Numbered from the stretch's first letter, positions 33,478 through 46,145 are shown. The stretch is 64,000 nt of DNA from Diplonema japonicum (GCA_964019335.1 OZ025653.1:124001-188000), one strand, 5' to 3'. Notes: generated by a model not told the origin, from the letters alone. Numbers and translations: made by a program.

Positions 33478-34006
33478 TGAGCTCGTTCGGGAGAAAAAGT
33501 GTCCACAAAAAATAACCCTATAACCCGAAAAGCTTCTAAGTAAAAAAGTGGTCTGGCATACCCGGCACTACTTTGTGTGCAGACTGACAATCTAAGTCTG
33601 CGCCACACAGGTCAAAATTCACGCGCTTTGTTGTATTTTACCTGGATTTTCTTTAAACACGTGCTAAAAAAAGACCCTTCTTCTACAACTCTCTGCTAAG
33701 TACTTTTCTCTGGGTTGTGCACAGGGGCCACAAGTGCGCCTGCACCCTATTTTTATGCACCCCAGGTGCGGTATTTTAAAGTTTGAGATTGCAGTTCAAA
33801 CACAAATTTTCGCATTTTTCGAACCTCTGTTTTCGCTTCGCAGCAAAGTCTGCCGCCCCATGGCCAAGCATCGCAACTGAAAGAACGGCCAGTGCTGCCC
33901 ACATATGTAATCTTCCTATGCTACTCTTTTTTTTTGCTCAAATATGTAAAATAAGAAAACCCCGGACCCCCAAAAAAAAGTGGACATTTTTTTCCAGACG
34001 AGCTCA
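33478..34006. repeat. ~530-bp segment bounded by imperfect ~28-bp inverted repeats (possible decayed MITE)
   Basis: TGAGCTCGTTCGGGAGAAAAAGTGTCCAC (33478-33506) vs GTGGACATTTTTTTCCAGACGAGCTCA (33980-34006). No clear TSD. A similar right end recurs at ~35330-35362. Confidence 0.45.
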
Positions 34007-34064
34007 CTCCTGAGTTAATACCACAAGTAAGTAAAAGAGCCCTGATTTTACTTGGATCTCTTGT

Positions 34065-35194
34065 TCACCGGCACTTCCTTTGTTCCCACTTAAAAGGCAG
34101 TGGTTCCACGCTCTCCAAAATCAAGGCACACTCCACAGCATCGAGAACGTCTTTAAACTCGACAATGAAGCGGCTTTCCAAGAAGGTGCAACGAGACAGA
34201 ACATCGGTGCTCCTGTTCAAGAGACCCTTGAAGCACTCCTGTGCGTCGCTCTCACGCTTCCAAGACTTCGGTGGTGACTTGATGTACCACTCCTTCTCGA
34301 TAATCCTGAAAACCACATCAGGCACTTTGTGGTCTTCGAAGTGCTGCTGGATGTTCCTCGCACTCTGTAAGCAGTCCAATTTGTACAGAAGTGCCTCCTT
34401 CGGCTTCTTCACTACCCGCTGGTCCATCACAATGGCCACCGTTTGCCAGAAAGTCTCAGGGAACAAATCTTCGTAACCATCGGCAATAAGCGCAAGCCCT
34501 GTCTCTGAGAACATTGCCCGTTCCACGAATTCCTTGTCTTCATTGAAGGTCGTTGGCCAGTCCTCACCAGCTTTCTGTTGGTGTGAAAAGGAAAGGGAAG
34601 AATGAAAGGGAGGAAGAAGCATACCTGAAAGGTGACTCTGATGTCGGTGTCCCTCTCATCGCACAGTTTCTCAGTCGAATTGTGGAAGAGCGAGAAGACA
34701 GGTCCCAAGAGGATAGGGTCGGGGTGTGTCACCTCCATGCAGTACTGCGACACCTTGAATGTGTAGAGCTTCACATCCGCACCTCTGTTCGGGTCCACCG
34801 TTGCCTCCACTATAGTCCTCAGCTTCTCCCGTACAATGTCGCAATACTCAGGAACACTCTGATAATAGACACGGGGGCATGGTGCCACGAGAACGGAATT
34901 GCTGCACTGGAAGCACACCACCGTACTATCTTTCGAGTACTTTGTGTTCACTTCCCTCTTGAGTTCGTGGATAGGCTTCTGCCTGTTGATGCGCTGCATG
35001 ATGTACCGATCCTCACCCTTGCTGTCCTTCACCGTGCAAGACATCTCAACGTCGCCTTCGTATCTATCTAGCGACGCATCCAGCACAGACCTCGCTTCGG
35101 GGCACGGGTACACGAGAACAGAACTGCTGCTCTGGAAGTGAGCTGCCCTCTGTTCAGGGCTGTCGGTTAAGTTATCTAGCATGTCCCCGTCCAT
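34065..35194 (-). CDS. Chimeric partial duplicate of the 3' third of the CCCH gene at 38752-41980 (gene or young pseudogene)
   Basis: 34083-35079 is near-identical to 38806-39897 and includes the intron (34575-34624, 50 nt). It has a different 5' end (MDGDMLDN...) and a different stop. The frame is intact after splicing. Confidence 0.7.
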
Positions 35195-36356
35195 TGGTAT
35201 AAGGCTAATCTGAGTGACAGGTCTTGAAATATGAAAAGCTGAAATTAAAGAAGAAAAACACATCATGTGAACTCATCGAAAGGACGTCCCAAAGGACATG
35301 CCAAGACACCATTTTCCTCTGAACTCGAAAAAAGTGCGTGGCTTTCTTTGCGGACGAGCTCAAATAATTCTTAAAAAGGAGGTTTTTGTGAGACGCCCCC
35401 CCTGACCTACTCCCAGCCTGCTAGTTTTTTTTCTTTTCTTTTTTCTTTCCTCTTTTCTTTCTTCCCTCTTATTTGTTCACCTCTTTCCTTTGCCAATTGT
35501 TTCCAGATCGTGCTTGGCTGTTGTCGTCTGCAAAATATTGCTCCTGTTCAAAAAAAAACTATCCTTTTAAAGTATGCGTTTTTGCGCTCACCGGCCGCGC
35601 TGTACTTAAAAAAAATATGAGCAAAATAGAAGTCTATTTGTTGTGAGCCCTCCAATAGGAAAATAATAAAGAGGTAAAAGGAAATCCCTGATTTGGGACG
35701 TCCTGTCTTGTTCTTCTACCTGCCCGGAAAATCAACAAAAAGGCGATTTCCAAGGGCATATTCACTTGAAGACCTAAAAAAAAAGAGTCCAAAAAAAATA
35801 ATCCAGGCTGGTATAAAAATAAAAGGTGTCTTGGGACCTGCATGTGACAAGTTGCCTTACGACAATCTACTCCTCATCATAAAAATACAAAAAGAAACTT
35901 ATGACAGTGCAAAGAACAAAAGGGGGAAATAAAAAAAAAAAACTCATTGTATTTAAAAGACAATCCCACCTGAAAGACCGCCCTCTAAAAAAAGAATTCG
36001 ACAAAACTTCAGTGTGCAGAAACTAGTCTGCTAAATGAAAATGTCGCAATTCTAGTATTCTAGATAAAAATACCTCAAAAGTTACAAGTAAGGTTACTTG
36101 TAATAATAAGAGATTGGATCGCGGCCTGGTTACGTGGGTGAATCCTTTTCTGGCTTTTTTTCCTTATGTCATCCGTGAAAAAAGGCACCTGATGACCTGA
36201 GAGAAAAACGAAAGGAAAAGTAAAAGAAAACGACTATTTACTAAATAAAAATCAGATTACCTTTTACTCGGAAAGCTTTTTCGTGAGTAGTTAAAAAAAA
36301 AAACGAGTGAAAAAAAAATATATATGAGTTAAAGGAGGCCGGGTGTTGGCGGCGTC

Positions 36357-36398
<42 letters not shown>

Positions 36399-36732
36399 AT
36401 TAAAAACTATTCTTTTAAGGTATGCGTTTTTGCGCTCACCGGCCGAGCTGTTCTTAGTCCCCGTTGTCCCCGTTCTGGGGGCTCTGGCGGGTTCCTACTT
36501 CGGTTAAAAATAAAAATCAGCCAAATCTTTACTCGGAATGTTTTCTTTTACTCGTTTTCTTTTGAAATAAATAAAGTAAATATAGTCAAAAAAAAATCAC
36601 GTACCACATAGAAGAAAGCCTTGTGATGTGACGACAACTAGTCAAGCTATCTTATTTCTAATGTGCACGGATGTGTGTTTTTTAATCTTTCTTTATTTCT
36701 TTCCTTAGACCAAAAGTACCGGTCCTGGGGGG

Positions 36733-36975
36733 GGCTACGTTGCCGGCGTACGCAGCAAAATCTGGTCAAAGGGCTTTACGTTGGACAAGAGGGGCAAATA
36801 GGAGTGGGGTGCAAAAATGGATGGAAGAGAGGGTGGGCGGCAGGCTTCTTCACTTTTGCATGTACATCTTTGACCCATAGCCTGTACCTGTAGGTGTAAG
36901 TGTAGCGGAGCCGTACGCACAGCCGTGCGACGTGCGCACTTTTCAGATTTTGCTGCGTGCGCCGACAACGTAGCC
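36733..36975. mobile_element. MITE with 32-bp TIRs and apparent 8-bp TSD (Merlin/IS1595-like ends)
   Basis: GGCTACGTTGCCGGCGTACGCAGCAAAATCTG (36733-36764) vs CAGATTTTGCTGCGTGCGCCGACAACGTAGCC (36944-36975), 30/32 match. CTGGGGGG flanks both sides; TSD length is ambiguous because of the G run. Confidence 0.8.
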
Positions 36976-37093
36976 CTGGGGGGGGGGGGGGGGGGGGGGG
37001 GATCATGGGGAAAGGAGTCACACTTGTTGTAGATAAAGAAAATTCACTATGATAGGAAACGAAGTGGTTAGCAACGGCTCACAAAAAAAAAAA

Positions 37094-37225
37094 TAATTCT
37101 TTATGACTATATGTCTTTGTTGTTCGCACGAGCAAAAAAGGTTTTTAAAAAGCTGCGAAAGTTTTTGCTCGGCACAAGTTGCATGTAGTTATAAAATCAT
37201 TTTTTGAAAGATAAATATTTGTAAC
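37094..37225. repeat. Dispersed hairpin repeat, subfamily A copy 1
   Basis: Near-identical to 55570-55702. Internal stem CGAGCAAAAA/TTTTTGCTCG (37129-37138 / 37162-37171). Flanked by A runs. Confidence 0.85.
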
Positions 37226-38751
37226 AAAAAAAAAAAAGAAAAAGAAAAAAAAGGGAGGGAACTATCCCCTAAACAGCCAACTGCTTCTGTAGAAGCAGTT
37301 TATAGGTTTAATTGTAATAACTATTTGCAACTTGTGCTGCCCAGATGCCGTCCATCATCGCGACAAACAGCCACCGCAGGCATCAGAATAGTGAGACCCT
37401 GAGATTCTTATAAACTTCGCATGCGCAAATTACAGGAATAGCAAATGAACTGATGTATCCAGTCGATGCACCTCCATGGGTCGAAAACACTAAATATCTA
37501 GTGGAATGAACAAGGATCTTTAAGATCTTAGCATGCTCGATCCATGCCAACAAAGACCCAAAATCGAGAAATCTCATAAATCAATTACCCCCCGGCTGTT
37601 TAAGGGTCGAGGGCCAGGCTGAAACAATAAAACCTGCCCTATAAAACAAAGAAATAAATACGAATAAAAAAGCCGAAAATATCTTCTTTTTCCTCGGCAT
37701 ATACAAATGGTGGCCATTATCCGCACAAAAGGTCACACAAAAGGTTTTCTGAAAAAACAAAATCTGATCCTTCGGGAAGAAAGAAAGAAAGTAAGAGGAT
37801 CTGACTATTTGCGGAAGCCAAAAAAAAAAAAAAAAAAAAAAATTGAGTTAAAGGAGGCCGGTGTTGGCGGCGCCCTGCACAAGAAGTGTCTACTTGATTA
37901 CAGGGCGCACCGCGGCCGAGTTGTAGCTTCTTCTGCGTTCCGCGTCGTGTCCTTAATGCGTGCGGTGTACAGCTCAACCCCAGCCGGGGCGTCCCGGGTA
38001 ACCAAGATTCTGCGCTCGTGCAGTTTGCTGCCTGTTCTGCATCTGCTTTATGATCTTCCACTCGGGCGCTACCGGTGATGACCAACGAGGAGGTCAACAG
38101 CGAACAACACATCTGATGTTTTTCTTATATTTTCATGTTATCCCCACCACCTGAAAAAAAAAAATTCACTGTGATAGGAACGAAGTGGTTAGCAACAAAA
38201 AAAAAAAAAAAAAAAAAAAAAGCTCCTTCATATGAAACCTCCCATGACATGAAACAAAGAGATGGCTGACGCTGAAAACTTAGCTCGTGCGGTTTTGATA
38301 TTCCCATTGTTGTGGGCACTTAAGAAACACGCTACATAGCCGCATAGATATAGAAGGTGCTGTAAACTAAATCCGATGTATACTAGGTTGGCTAGATTCT
38401 CACGGTCAAATCTCGCAACTCTTGCTGACCTCTTCAAGAGGTGCGGGGGGGGGGGGGGGGGGTGATAAATAAATGTCCGCACTGTTGCACAACAATCAAT
38501 CAGCTGTCGGCAGTATTCTTCTACAGAGGGGACTTTTGATTTTCCGTATTGGATGCTTTATGACGGGGAAAGGGGGAAAGGGTGCCTCATTCGAAAAAGT
38601 GCAGTCTGTACGAACAAGATGACGTATGACGTGCACCTTTGAGTATGAGCTAAGAATAGGGTACAGGGAGGGATAGATGGGAAACACGATCATAAAGAAA
38701 AGCAAACAAATCCTCAATATGATCATAATTTCTGCTAGAGTTAAGTTACAA

Positions 38752-41700
38752 TTAGAGGCCGTCTACCTCTTGCTTAGGTTTGCTTAAAATGCGCTTCTTC
38801 TTTTCTTCCCACTTAAAAGGCAGTGGACTTATGCTCTCCAAAATCAAGGCACACTCCACAGCATCGAGAACGTCTTTAAACTCGACAATGAAGCGGCTCT
38901 TCAGGAAGGTGCAACGAGACAGAACATCGGTGCTCCTGTTCAAGAGACCCTTGAAGCACTCCTGTGCGTCGCTCTCACGCTTCCAAGACTTCGGTGGTGA
39001 CTTGATGTACCACTCCTTCTCGATAATCCTGAAAACCACACCAGGCACTTTGTGGTCTATGAAGTGCTGCTGGATGTTCCTCGCACTCTGTAAGCAGTCC
39101 AATTTGTACAGAAGTGCCTCCTTCGGCTTCTTCACTACCCGCTGGTCCATCACAATGGCCGCCGTTTGCCAGAAAGTCTCAGGGAACGCATCTTCGTAAC
39201 CATCGGCAATAAGCGCAAGCCCTGTCTCTGAGAACATTGCCCGTTCCACGAATTCCTTGTCTTTACTGAAGGTCGTTGGCCAGTCCTCACCAGCTTTCTG
39301 TTGGTGTGATTCAAAGGGAAAGGGAAAGGGAAAGGGAAAGGGAAAGGGAAAGGGAAAGGGAAAGGGAAAGGGAAAGGGAAAGGGAAAGGGAAAGGGAAAG
39401 GGAAAGGGAAAGGGAAGAATGAAAGGGGAGGAAGAAGCATACCTGAAAGGTGACTCTGATGTCGGTGTCCTTCTCATCGCACAGTTTCTCAGTCGAATTG
39501 TGGAAGAGCGAGAAGACAGGTCCCAAGAGGATAGGGTCGGGGTGTGTCACCTCCATGCAGTACTGCGACACCTTGAATGTGTAGAGCTTCACATCCGCAC
39601 CTCTGTTCGGGTCCACCGTTGTCTCCACTATAGTCCTCAGCTTCTCCCGTGTACTGTCGCAAAACTCAGGAACCTTCTGATGGTAGACACGGGGGCATGG
39701 TTCCACGAGAACGGAATTGCTGCACTGGAAGCACACCACCGTACTATCTTTCGAGTACTTTGTGTTCACTTCCCTCTTGAGTTCGTGGATAGGCTTCTGC
39801 CTGTTGATGCGCTGCATGATGTACCGATCCTCACCCTTGCTGTCCTTCACCGTGCAAGACATCTCAACGTCGCCTTCGTATCTATCTAGCGACGCATTGT
39901 TCCGCAGGTTTTCCAGATCCAGCACAATCACGGACTTCGTTACTCGCTCGACGCACTTGGTGACGAACCACTTGATGGTGAACATCAAATCAAACACGGG
40001 GCGCAGCTCTTTTCGCATTATCCTGTCGTAGCACAGCGAAGGGTGCACGTGCACATCAGGGCACCTTGACCACATCACGCAATCCGGATCCATGCAGAAC
40101 TTTGGTATTGTAGTTCGCTCGGCCGTCCCACGGGTGTCATACAGGTTGGAGTACGGGATATGCACTGTCTTATCGTTTAGGGCAACCTCTATTGTGTTTT
40201 CTTTTTTGGACACACCCCAGGTTGGGGGAGGGCGGTAGTCGCAGCCTTCGATCTCAGGGTGTGCAAATACACAAGTCCTCGGGTCCGGGCAGCTCGTCAG
40301 GGTGCAGCGTATCATCTTCCCAGCTTGAATGTAATGTGAGCTCGCGATATGAATGTTTCTACAGTTCTCAGCATCTTTACAGCGCTGCCGTAAGAAAAAT
40401 GGCTTACAGGCCTTCATCGTTGCCAGCTGGTGTGGATCTTCCAAGAAAATGGTGCCCTTTTCCTTCATCTTATCCATGGGTCTTTTGTTCATATCTTCGA
40501 CGAGAACCTTTGTACGCTTTGTCGGAAGCATGGAACGCCACGTTGCTAGAAAGACCTCCTTGCCTTTACCAAAGTCTACCGAAACAGGGAATTGTGTATT
40601 CCAGCTGAATGAAAAAGGAACGTCGATGTAGATCTTGTAGCCAGGAGGGCTCTCTAGCTCCATGTCAGCATGAGCGTAAGGGCAGTCTTTCGGACATCTC
40701 TTTGTTTCTCCAAAATAAACACAACACCGGCTCTTGCCCTCGTACACAATGTCCTTAATTGCATCCATCCTGCTCGCAATCCTTGACTCGGGATCCATAG
40801 GTTTTACCAATGACGCAAGTGCGTTGATTACCGGTTTCAATTGTCCATAAATATTGGGTACAATAGCTTCTTCGCTGAAACTGATGACGTTCATGAAGTA
40901 ATGCCTCTCGAGGTGCGTCTCAAAGTCTTCCCCCAAGAAGCTGATTGCTACCTCGATGGCTGTCTTCCTAGTGATCTTGATCATCGCGATGTTTGCACGC
41001 CATTCTTTATAATCTGCCATCGGCTTTGAGATGATGTCAATATACTTAGGGATGCTGTCTGCCTTCAAGGCCTCCTGAGGCACCTCGCCTTCCCCCCATC
41101 TGCGTACAATGGCGAAGAACCTCTTTTGGACACTTTCAGTCACCTCAAACATGCTGCTTGGGTTTCTCAGGACGACATCCCAGTACTTCGCGTCATTCGA
41201 ATCTTGCAAATCGTTGGTGGACTTGTCCGAGGAGAGCTGAAGAACCATGCCGATGCGCTCTAATGCTTTCTGAAAAGTAAACAACTCATTTACATAGTCA
41301 ACAATTTTGCGCCTGTATTTGGGTGGTAATGATAATGGTTTTATGTTCATATACCTCGTATCGGTCAATTCCCTAATTATTTCACTCTTTGTCTTAGTTG
41401 GCACCAATTGCGCTGATTCATTAAAATCTATTCTAGATGTTTGCGAAGCGGGCACACACGCCTCCAGGTCTTTCAAAGGTGCTGCCACATGAGCCCTACC
41501 AAAAGAACTGAACTGATCGATGGATCCAATCGAATCACTATCGGGCACTGCAAACCCCGTGAAGCGCTCTGTTAAATTGTGACATCTGCCGCTCATCAAA
41601 CAATAAGGAGAGGCCTTGCTGCAAGCCACGCATAGCTTCGGTTTGAGCACAGCGTTAGGGTCCTTGCCTAGGGTGGCGACTTCCTCTTCTGAGTACATGT

Positions 41701-41980
41701 CAGTCATATCTATTATAATGTCTTTTCGCATCTTTTCGCTCAGCTTCAGTATTGGCGAAGTAGGTTGTCTCAACTCTAACATATCAGGTGACCCCGGGAA
41801 GAAGGGTTGCAAAATGATGCAAATCTGTGTTACCAAGTCGTCTCTGTTCATATCGTGTCTCATGTTGCTGCCCAGTTCGTTTTCTAAGATCTCCATGTTA
41901 TACATCTTCTCCCGAACAACAACAAACAGGATGTGAAGGCATCTCCTCGCATCAAGTTGGTACCCCCCCGTTGGGGGCAT
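38752..41980 (-). CDS. Multi-CCCH zinc-finger protein (2 exons)
   Basis: CCCH-like fingers CVYFGETKRCPKDCPYAH, CKPFFLRQRCKDAENCRNIH, CTLTSCPDPRTCVFAH, CMDPDCVMWSRCPDVH. Intron 39298-39442 joins VTFQ|KAGEDW. Confidence 0.8.
39313..39414 (+). repeat. (AAAGGG)17 microsatellite inside an intron
   Basis: 17 perfect hexamer units. The paralogous intron at 34575-34624 has only ~2 degenerate units. Confidence 0.95.
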
Positions 41981-42046
41981 CAATTTAAGTTTTTGTTACA
42001 AAAGCAAGATTCCTGGGGGAAAGGGTCGAAAATTAATATGAAAAAA

Positions 42047-42153
42047 GAGGAGCTGGCCGTTGTTTGTACGTGCCGGGTAAAACCTGGAGAAGTTTGTCAA
42101 CCTGAACACGTTGGCAACGCTCCCCTTTTGTTTAGTCAAAGACTCGTTCTTGC
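42047..42153. repeat. Dispersed hairpin repeat, subfamily B copy 1
   Basis: Matches 56347-56524 minus its insert. Shares blocks with subfamily A (GTTGTTyGyACGwGC; AAAAsCTG..AAGTTT). Confidence 0.8.
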
Positions 42154-42239
42154 AAAAAAAGGTTAAATATAAGAAAACTCGATAAAATTGCAATGTGCAG
42201 GGGTGCTCACTGTTCAAAGAAGAAATTCACACTAATCGG

Positions 42240-42930
42240 TCACCGTTCTGCGGTTGCTGTTTGCCTGCGGTGGCTTGAGATCGACGGAGTTGGGGTTGTG
42301 CTTGGTAGAGGGCGGTGTGGCTCGACGAGAAGAGGTAGTCTCCTGACATAGCCGTGTGCCGTTGGGCCCAAGATGCCTGACGCCCCGTTCGACTTCAGCA
42401 ACACACTTCTGTCGGAAAACCCCGCTGCTGCCTCATCTCAAGGTTGGTGGTGAGTACTCTCTTGCTCTGCTGCTTCGTGCGCCACGGACGGTTGCACAAC
42501 CTTCGGGGGTATAGTTGCACTACTTCAGTACTTCCTTCCTGCTTGTCAGCTCCTCTTGGGATAATGCATGGAGGGCGGTGACAGCCAGATGCCTAACTTA
42601 CTGCTTCACTTCTGCGTACTGTTCGCTTTCCAGAACGTTTAGTGCCGGTCGCACCCACAGTGATGCTGGTCGTTGCCAGTCACACTGGTGCTGGGTATCT
42701 AATAGTTTCCCCCACACCTTCGGGTGTATCATGAACACAGCACCACTGATGATCCGCCGCAAACCTGTGGCCTTCGATCCTGTAGCTTTTACCAGTCGAC
42801 ATGCCCTGCCTCCATCAGTACGAAGGTTGACCTCTTTTCGATCAGCTTCTTCGCAATAGCCTGTCTGATGCTTCAGTATCCCCACGCAGCAGGCGAACAA
42901 AAGACCATCCCTTCTCCAGAAGGGAGCCAC
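42240..42930 (-). pseudogene. Possible decayed coding sequence
   Basis: Coding-like composition. The 110-aa frame continues in protein-like fashion past in-frame stops (EVKQ*VRHLAVTALHALSQEELTSRKEVLK*). No family recognised. Confidence 0.3.
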
Positions 42931-43057
42931 CTGTTTAGTAGGACTATAATCTCACCGTCACCGCGGTACTGGTATAAGCAAGAAAGTAAGAAAAAGAAAA
43001 CGATTTCGCTATCCCTCACATTTCTTAAGGCTAGAGGAACGCTAGGGAAAAAAAGTC

Positions 43058-46000
43058 TCACATAATCTTGTATCGCACTGTGGGCAGCGGCCCAAGGAAC
43101 ACGCCGTCGACCTTGCCCTTCACAACAAAGTCGATGACCTTCTGATGAGGCTCTGCAGTAACCTTAGCCACCAATGTGCCGAGGGGCATAGTGAAACCAC
43201 ACTCTTGAAAGATCTCAGACTGGTGCAAAGGATTGAACTCCGAGTAGAGCACCGTTCCACTATCAGTCGCCTAGTGATGGTTTGGGACGTTACTCAATTT
43301 GCATACCAACTGGCTCACATCTATCTTGTACTTCTGGCTGAAGGCCTCCAGAAACTGTCCCAGCGTCGCGTCGCCCTTGGCTTGAATCTCCATAGTGTCC
43401 CAAACTGTCCAAGTTTTCCCGTGCAAGGGATGCAAGGCAAAACTTGCAGGAATAGGACCATTTGCTTTTTCCGTATTTTGTTCCAGACTCAAATACGGTT
43501 TAGCCAATGGGGGCTCCACTTCTGAGGACAGCATGAAAGCATCGGCTAGGTTGACCCAAGCGTTCCTGAATCTTTCGAGCGGCAACGGGGGGTAGTAATT
43601 AGCCTTCAGCATCTCCATCGTGACGAGCCCGGTGATGAGCGCAGTGGTCGTTATCATCGCGGGGATGATCTTGCCCGTGATGCGCTTCACCTCCCCCTCA
43701 CTCACAGTTGGTATCTTGTAGCACTCCGCCCTCAAGTTCGCCACAGACGCAATGCAAGGGATGTGCCCATTCCCAGCGCCGTCTTTGTCAAACTCAATGT
43801 GCGTGCACTCGACGCCCTTCCCGATCAAGCTGTCCTTCACCTGCGCAAACATCGCCTCCCAATGCTTGCCCGTTGAGGCATGACTACTCTCAGACAAAGC
43901 TTTGGCGATACCTTCTCTATTGCACTCAGTAGCACTGAATGGCACACCCAACAGGTCGCACCTCATCCTTGTCATGTTCTGCAAGCATGAAACGTGGATC
44001 TCGTTGTCGAGGCTGAACCTCAAGACATGCGGCGGCTTGAACTTTCCCGTCCAGAATAACACTCCCTTTTCATCCCTCTTGTCTAAAGGATGCTTCTCAA
44101 GTATTCCTTCAATCGCCGTTGTGAACAGTTCCGTAAAAGTCGCCCCTGCCCAACGTATGCAGCTTGCAATATCACGCGGTGTGCATGTCGCGGAGTGCAG
44201 GGCTTCAAGCTCCATCATCCTGACGTCCTCTGGCATTGCCTGAAGCTTGTTGTAGTAACCCTCGGGGTCAGACCTCATAGCAGTTACCATGCCTGTGATG
44301 TGTGTATGTGGAAATGAGTATACCTGCTGGTGCCTCAAAAGCACCTCCAAACCAGTCCCTTGCAAAAGCGATCGTGTGCTCTACGTTGTTGGGGAAGAAG
44401 TGCAAAGTGCACTGCGGGATTGCCTTCTCCTGGGGGTCTTGCTGGGCACCGTAGTTCTCGCTCAATTTGGGAAGCACGACCTGAGCATGGGCCTGGGAGC
44501 CAAGGGTGCCTGAGTCTATCATTTTCTTTTTGTGCGTCACACACTTGGCATCGACGTAAAGCCTTGCCCTCACGTTATCCAGTGCATTGATTACCTGGTC
44601 CTGTTTTGCCCAGAACCTTTGGTTGAACTGTGCTTCAGTGTCCTCGCAGATCTTTACAGTCTTCGGCATGAGCTTGATCGAAGGGTTCATCTTCTTAGCC
44701 TGCTCTGCCGCAACTTTGCACTTAAAGCCGCCTACGTGGCAGTCTCTGAAGAGGAACTGCCTGCTGAGGTTTGAGCGTTCGATCTTATCGGGGTCGGCAA
44801 CGGTCACGAAGCCTTTCTTGCCACTCCCAATGCCCAGCAGGGCAAAGTTCTTAAGGAATTCACATCCTAATGCACCGCAGCCAACCATAAACACGTTCAT
44901 GTCATGCACCCGCGCCATGTTCTGCATGCCGATCACAGCTGCAAGGCTCGCATTTCGCGACGTAGCAACCTTCCCTTCTGGATGCGGGGGCACCGTGCAC
45001 CCATCTGGCAAAGCGTGCCTCCCGTCATAGTAGTAGTGTTGTCTAATTGGCATGAACTTACCAGTGCAGGCCTTAAGCACCTCCTGAGCACTTATCCCTC
45101 CTATGTAGCACGCCAAAGGGTTGAAGCTCACTTCACACAACTGTACCAACACAGCCGCAGCATCAGAGCTACTTCCACGAACAGCCGCACTTTCTTGAAT
45201 CTCCTTGAGATGCTCGAGGTCAGTCATGGAAGGCAGTGCACCGTTGTTCCGTTCTGACCACTCGTGCATCGCTGCAAACGCATCATGCAATTCTTTCGGG
45301 TCAGACATCCCATCACCAGACAAGGGTGGGGATGCAGACTGCAGGAGCTGCTCCAGGGGGCTGAACTCCACTGTGACGGGTTGCTTTACTTCTGTGAGGT
45401 AGCCGCCCCTGATGTACTTCTCCGGTGGGCAGACGAGGCCTTCGACTTCGAGGCTATAGAGAGAAGACTTCTTGGTCACCTTAAACAGAGTGGGGGGAAG
45501 GCTGTAGCCATCAGCTGTTTCTACAGAGTTGATGGAGATGAGGTCGCCTTCTGAGAAGCTGAGGGGCTCCTCGTCGTCTACAGTGATGGTGGAGCCGGCG
45601 ATAGAAACGACAACGTGCTTGGCGGGTGTGATGCCCGTGGCGTCAATAACATTGTGTTCTGAGCCAAAGTCGGTGAAGACCATTCCCAACACGCCGCGCG
45701 ACTCGGCCCAGATCATTTTCACTCCTGCTGCCCGTACGGCCTCGTTGATGGGGCAGAGGGCAGAGAGGGCGGTGGAGTTGCAGAATATGACGACATTAAA
45801 ATTGCTGAGCAGCTCGGCGGTCAATGGCCCTTCCACAGCTTGGACGTCGCAGTGTGCGTTCAGTTCCTTCAACCGGGGCACAACAACCTCCAATCGCTTC
45901 CTCCCTATGTCAGCTTCACTCGCCCAGAACATCCCCCCTAGATCCCACCACGACACTGCCTTCTCGTCATAGACACCCACGCTTCCCATTCCTGTTAACG

Positions 46001-46145
46001 TCAAGTTCTTCGCCACCTCACAACCCAAGCTCCCCATCCCCACCACCAGCACTGAACTGCCCCCCATCTGCTGCATGGCTTCCTTTCCCATCACGTATTG
46101 CACCCTGCTGTACAAACCCTCATCGATTTCCATCTCCGTACTCAT
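43058..46145 (-). CDS. UBA1: Ubiquitin-activating enzyme E1 (UBA1-like), 3 exons
   Basis: 'IDEGLYSRVQYVMG', 'VGCGALGCEFLKN', 'IERSNLSRQFLFR', 'NALDNVRARLYVD', catalytic 'IPQCTLHFFP', 'FDKD', 'GKIIPAMITTT'. Introns 44293-44323 and 43271-43306. Stop at 43058. Confidence 0.95.

Noticed and set aside
36331-36338. AAGGAGG Shine-Dalgarno-like motifs
   Set aside because: Eukaryotic context with no downstream ORF. They are part of a dispersed repeat.
39311-39477. FPFPFP / SLSLSL / GKGKGK peptide repeats
   Set aside because: They are translations of an intronic microsatellite.
28832-46145. Functional ubiquitin/ERAD cluster (Derlin, E1, giant E3-like gene)
   Set aside because: The genes are far apart and interleaved with unrelated genes. 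Polycistronic clusters in euglenozoans are generally not functional operons.
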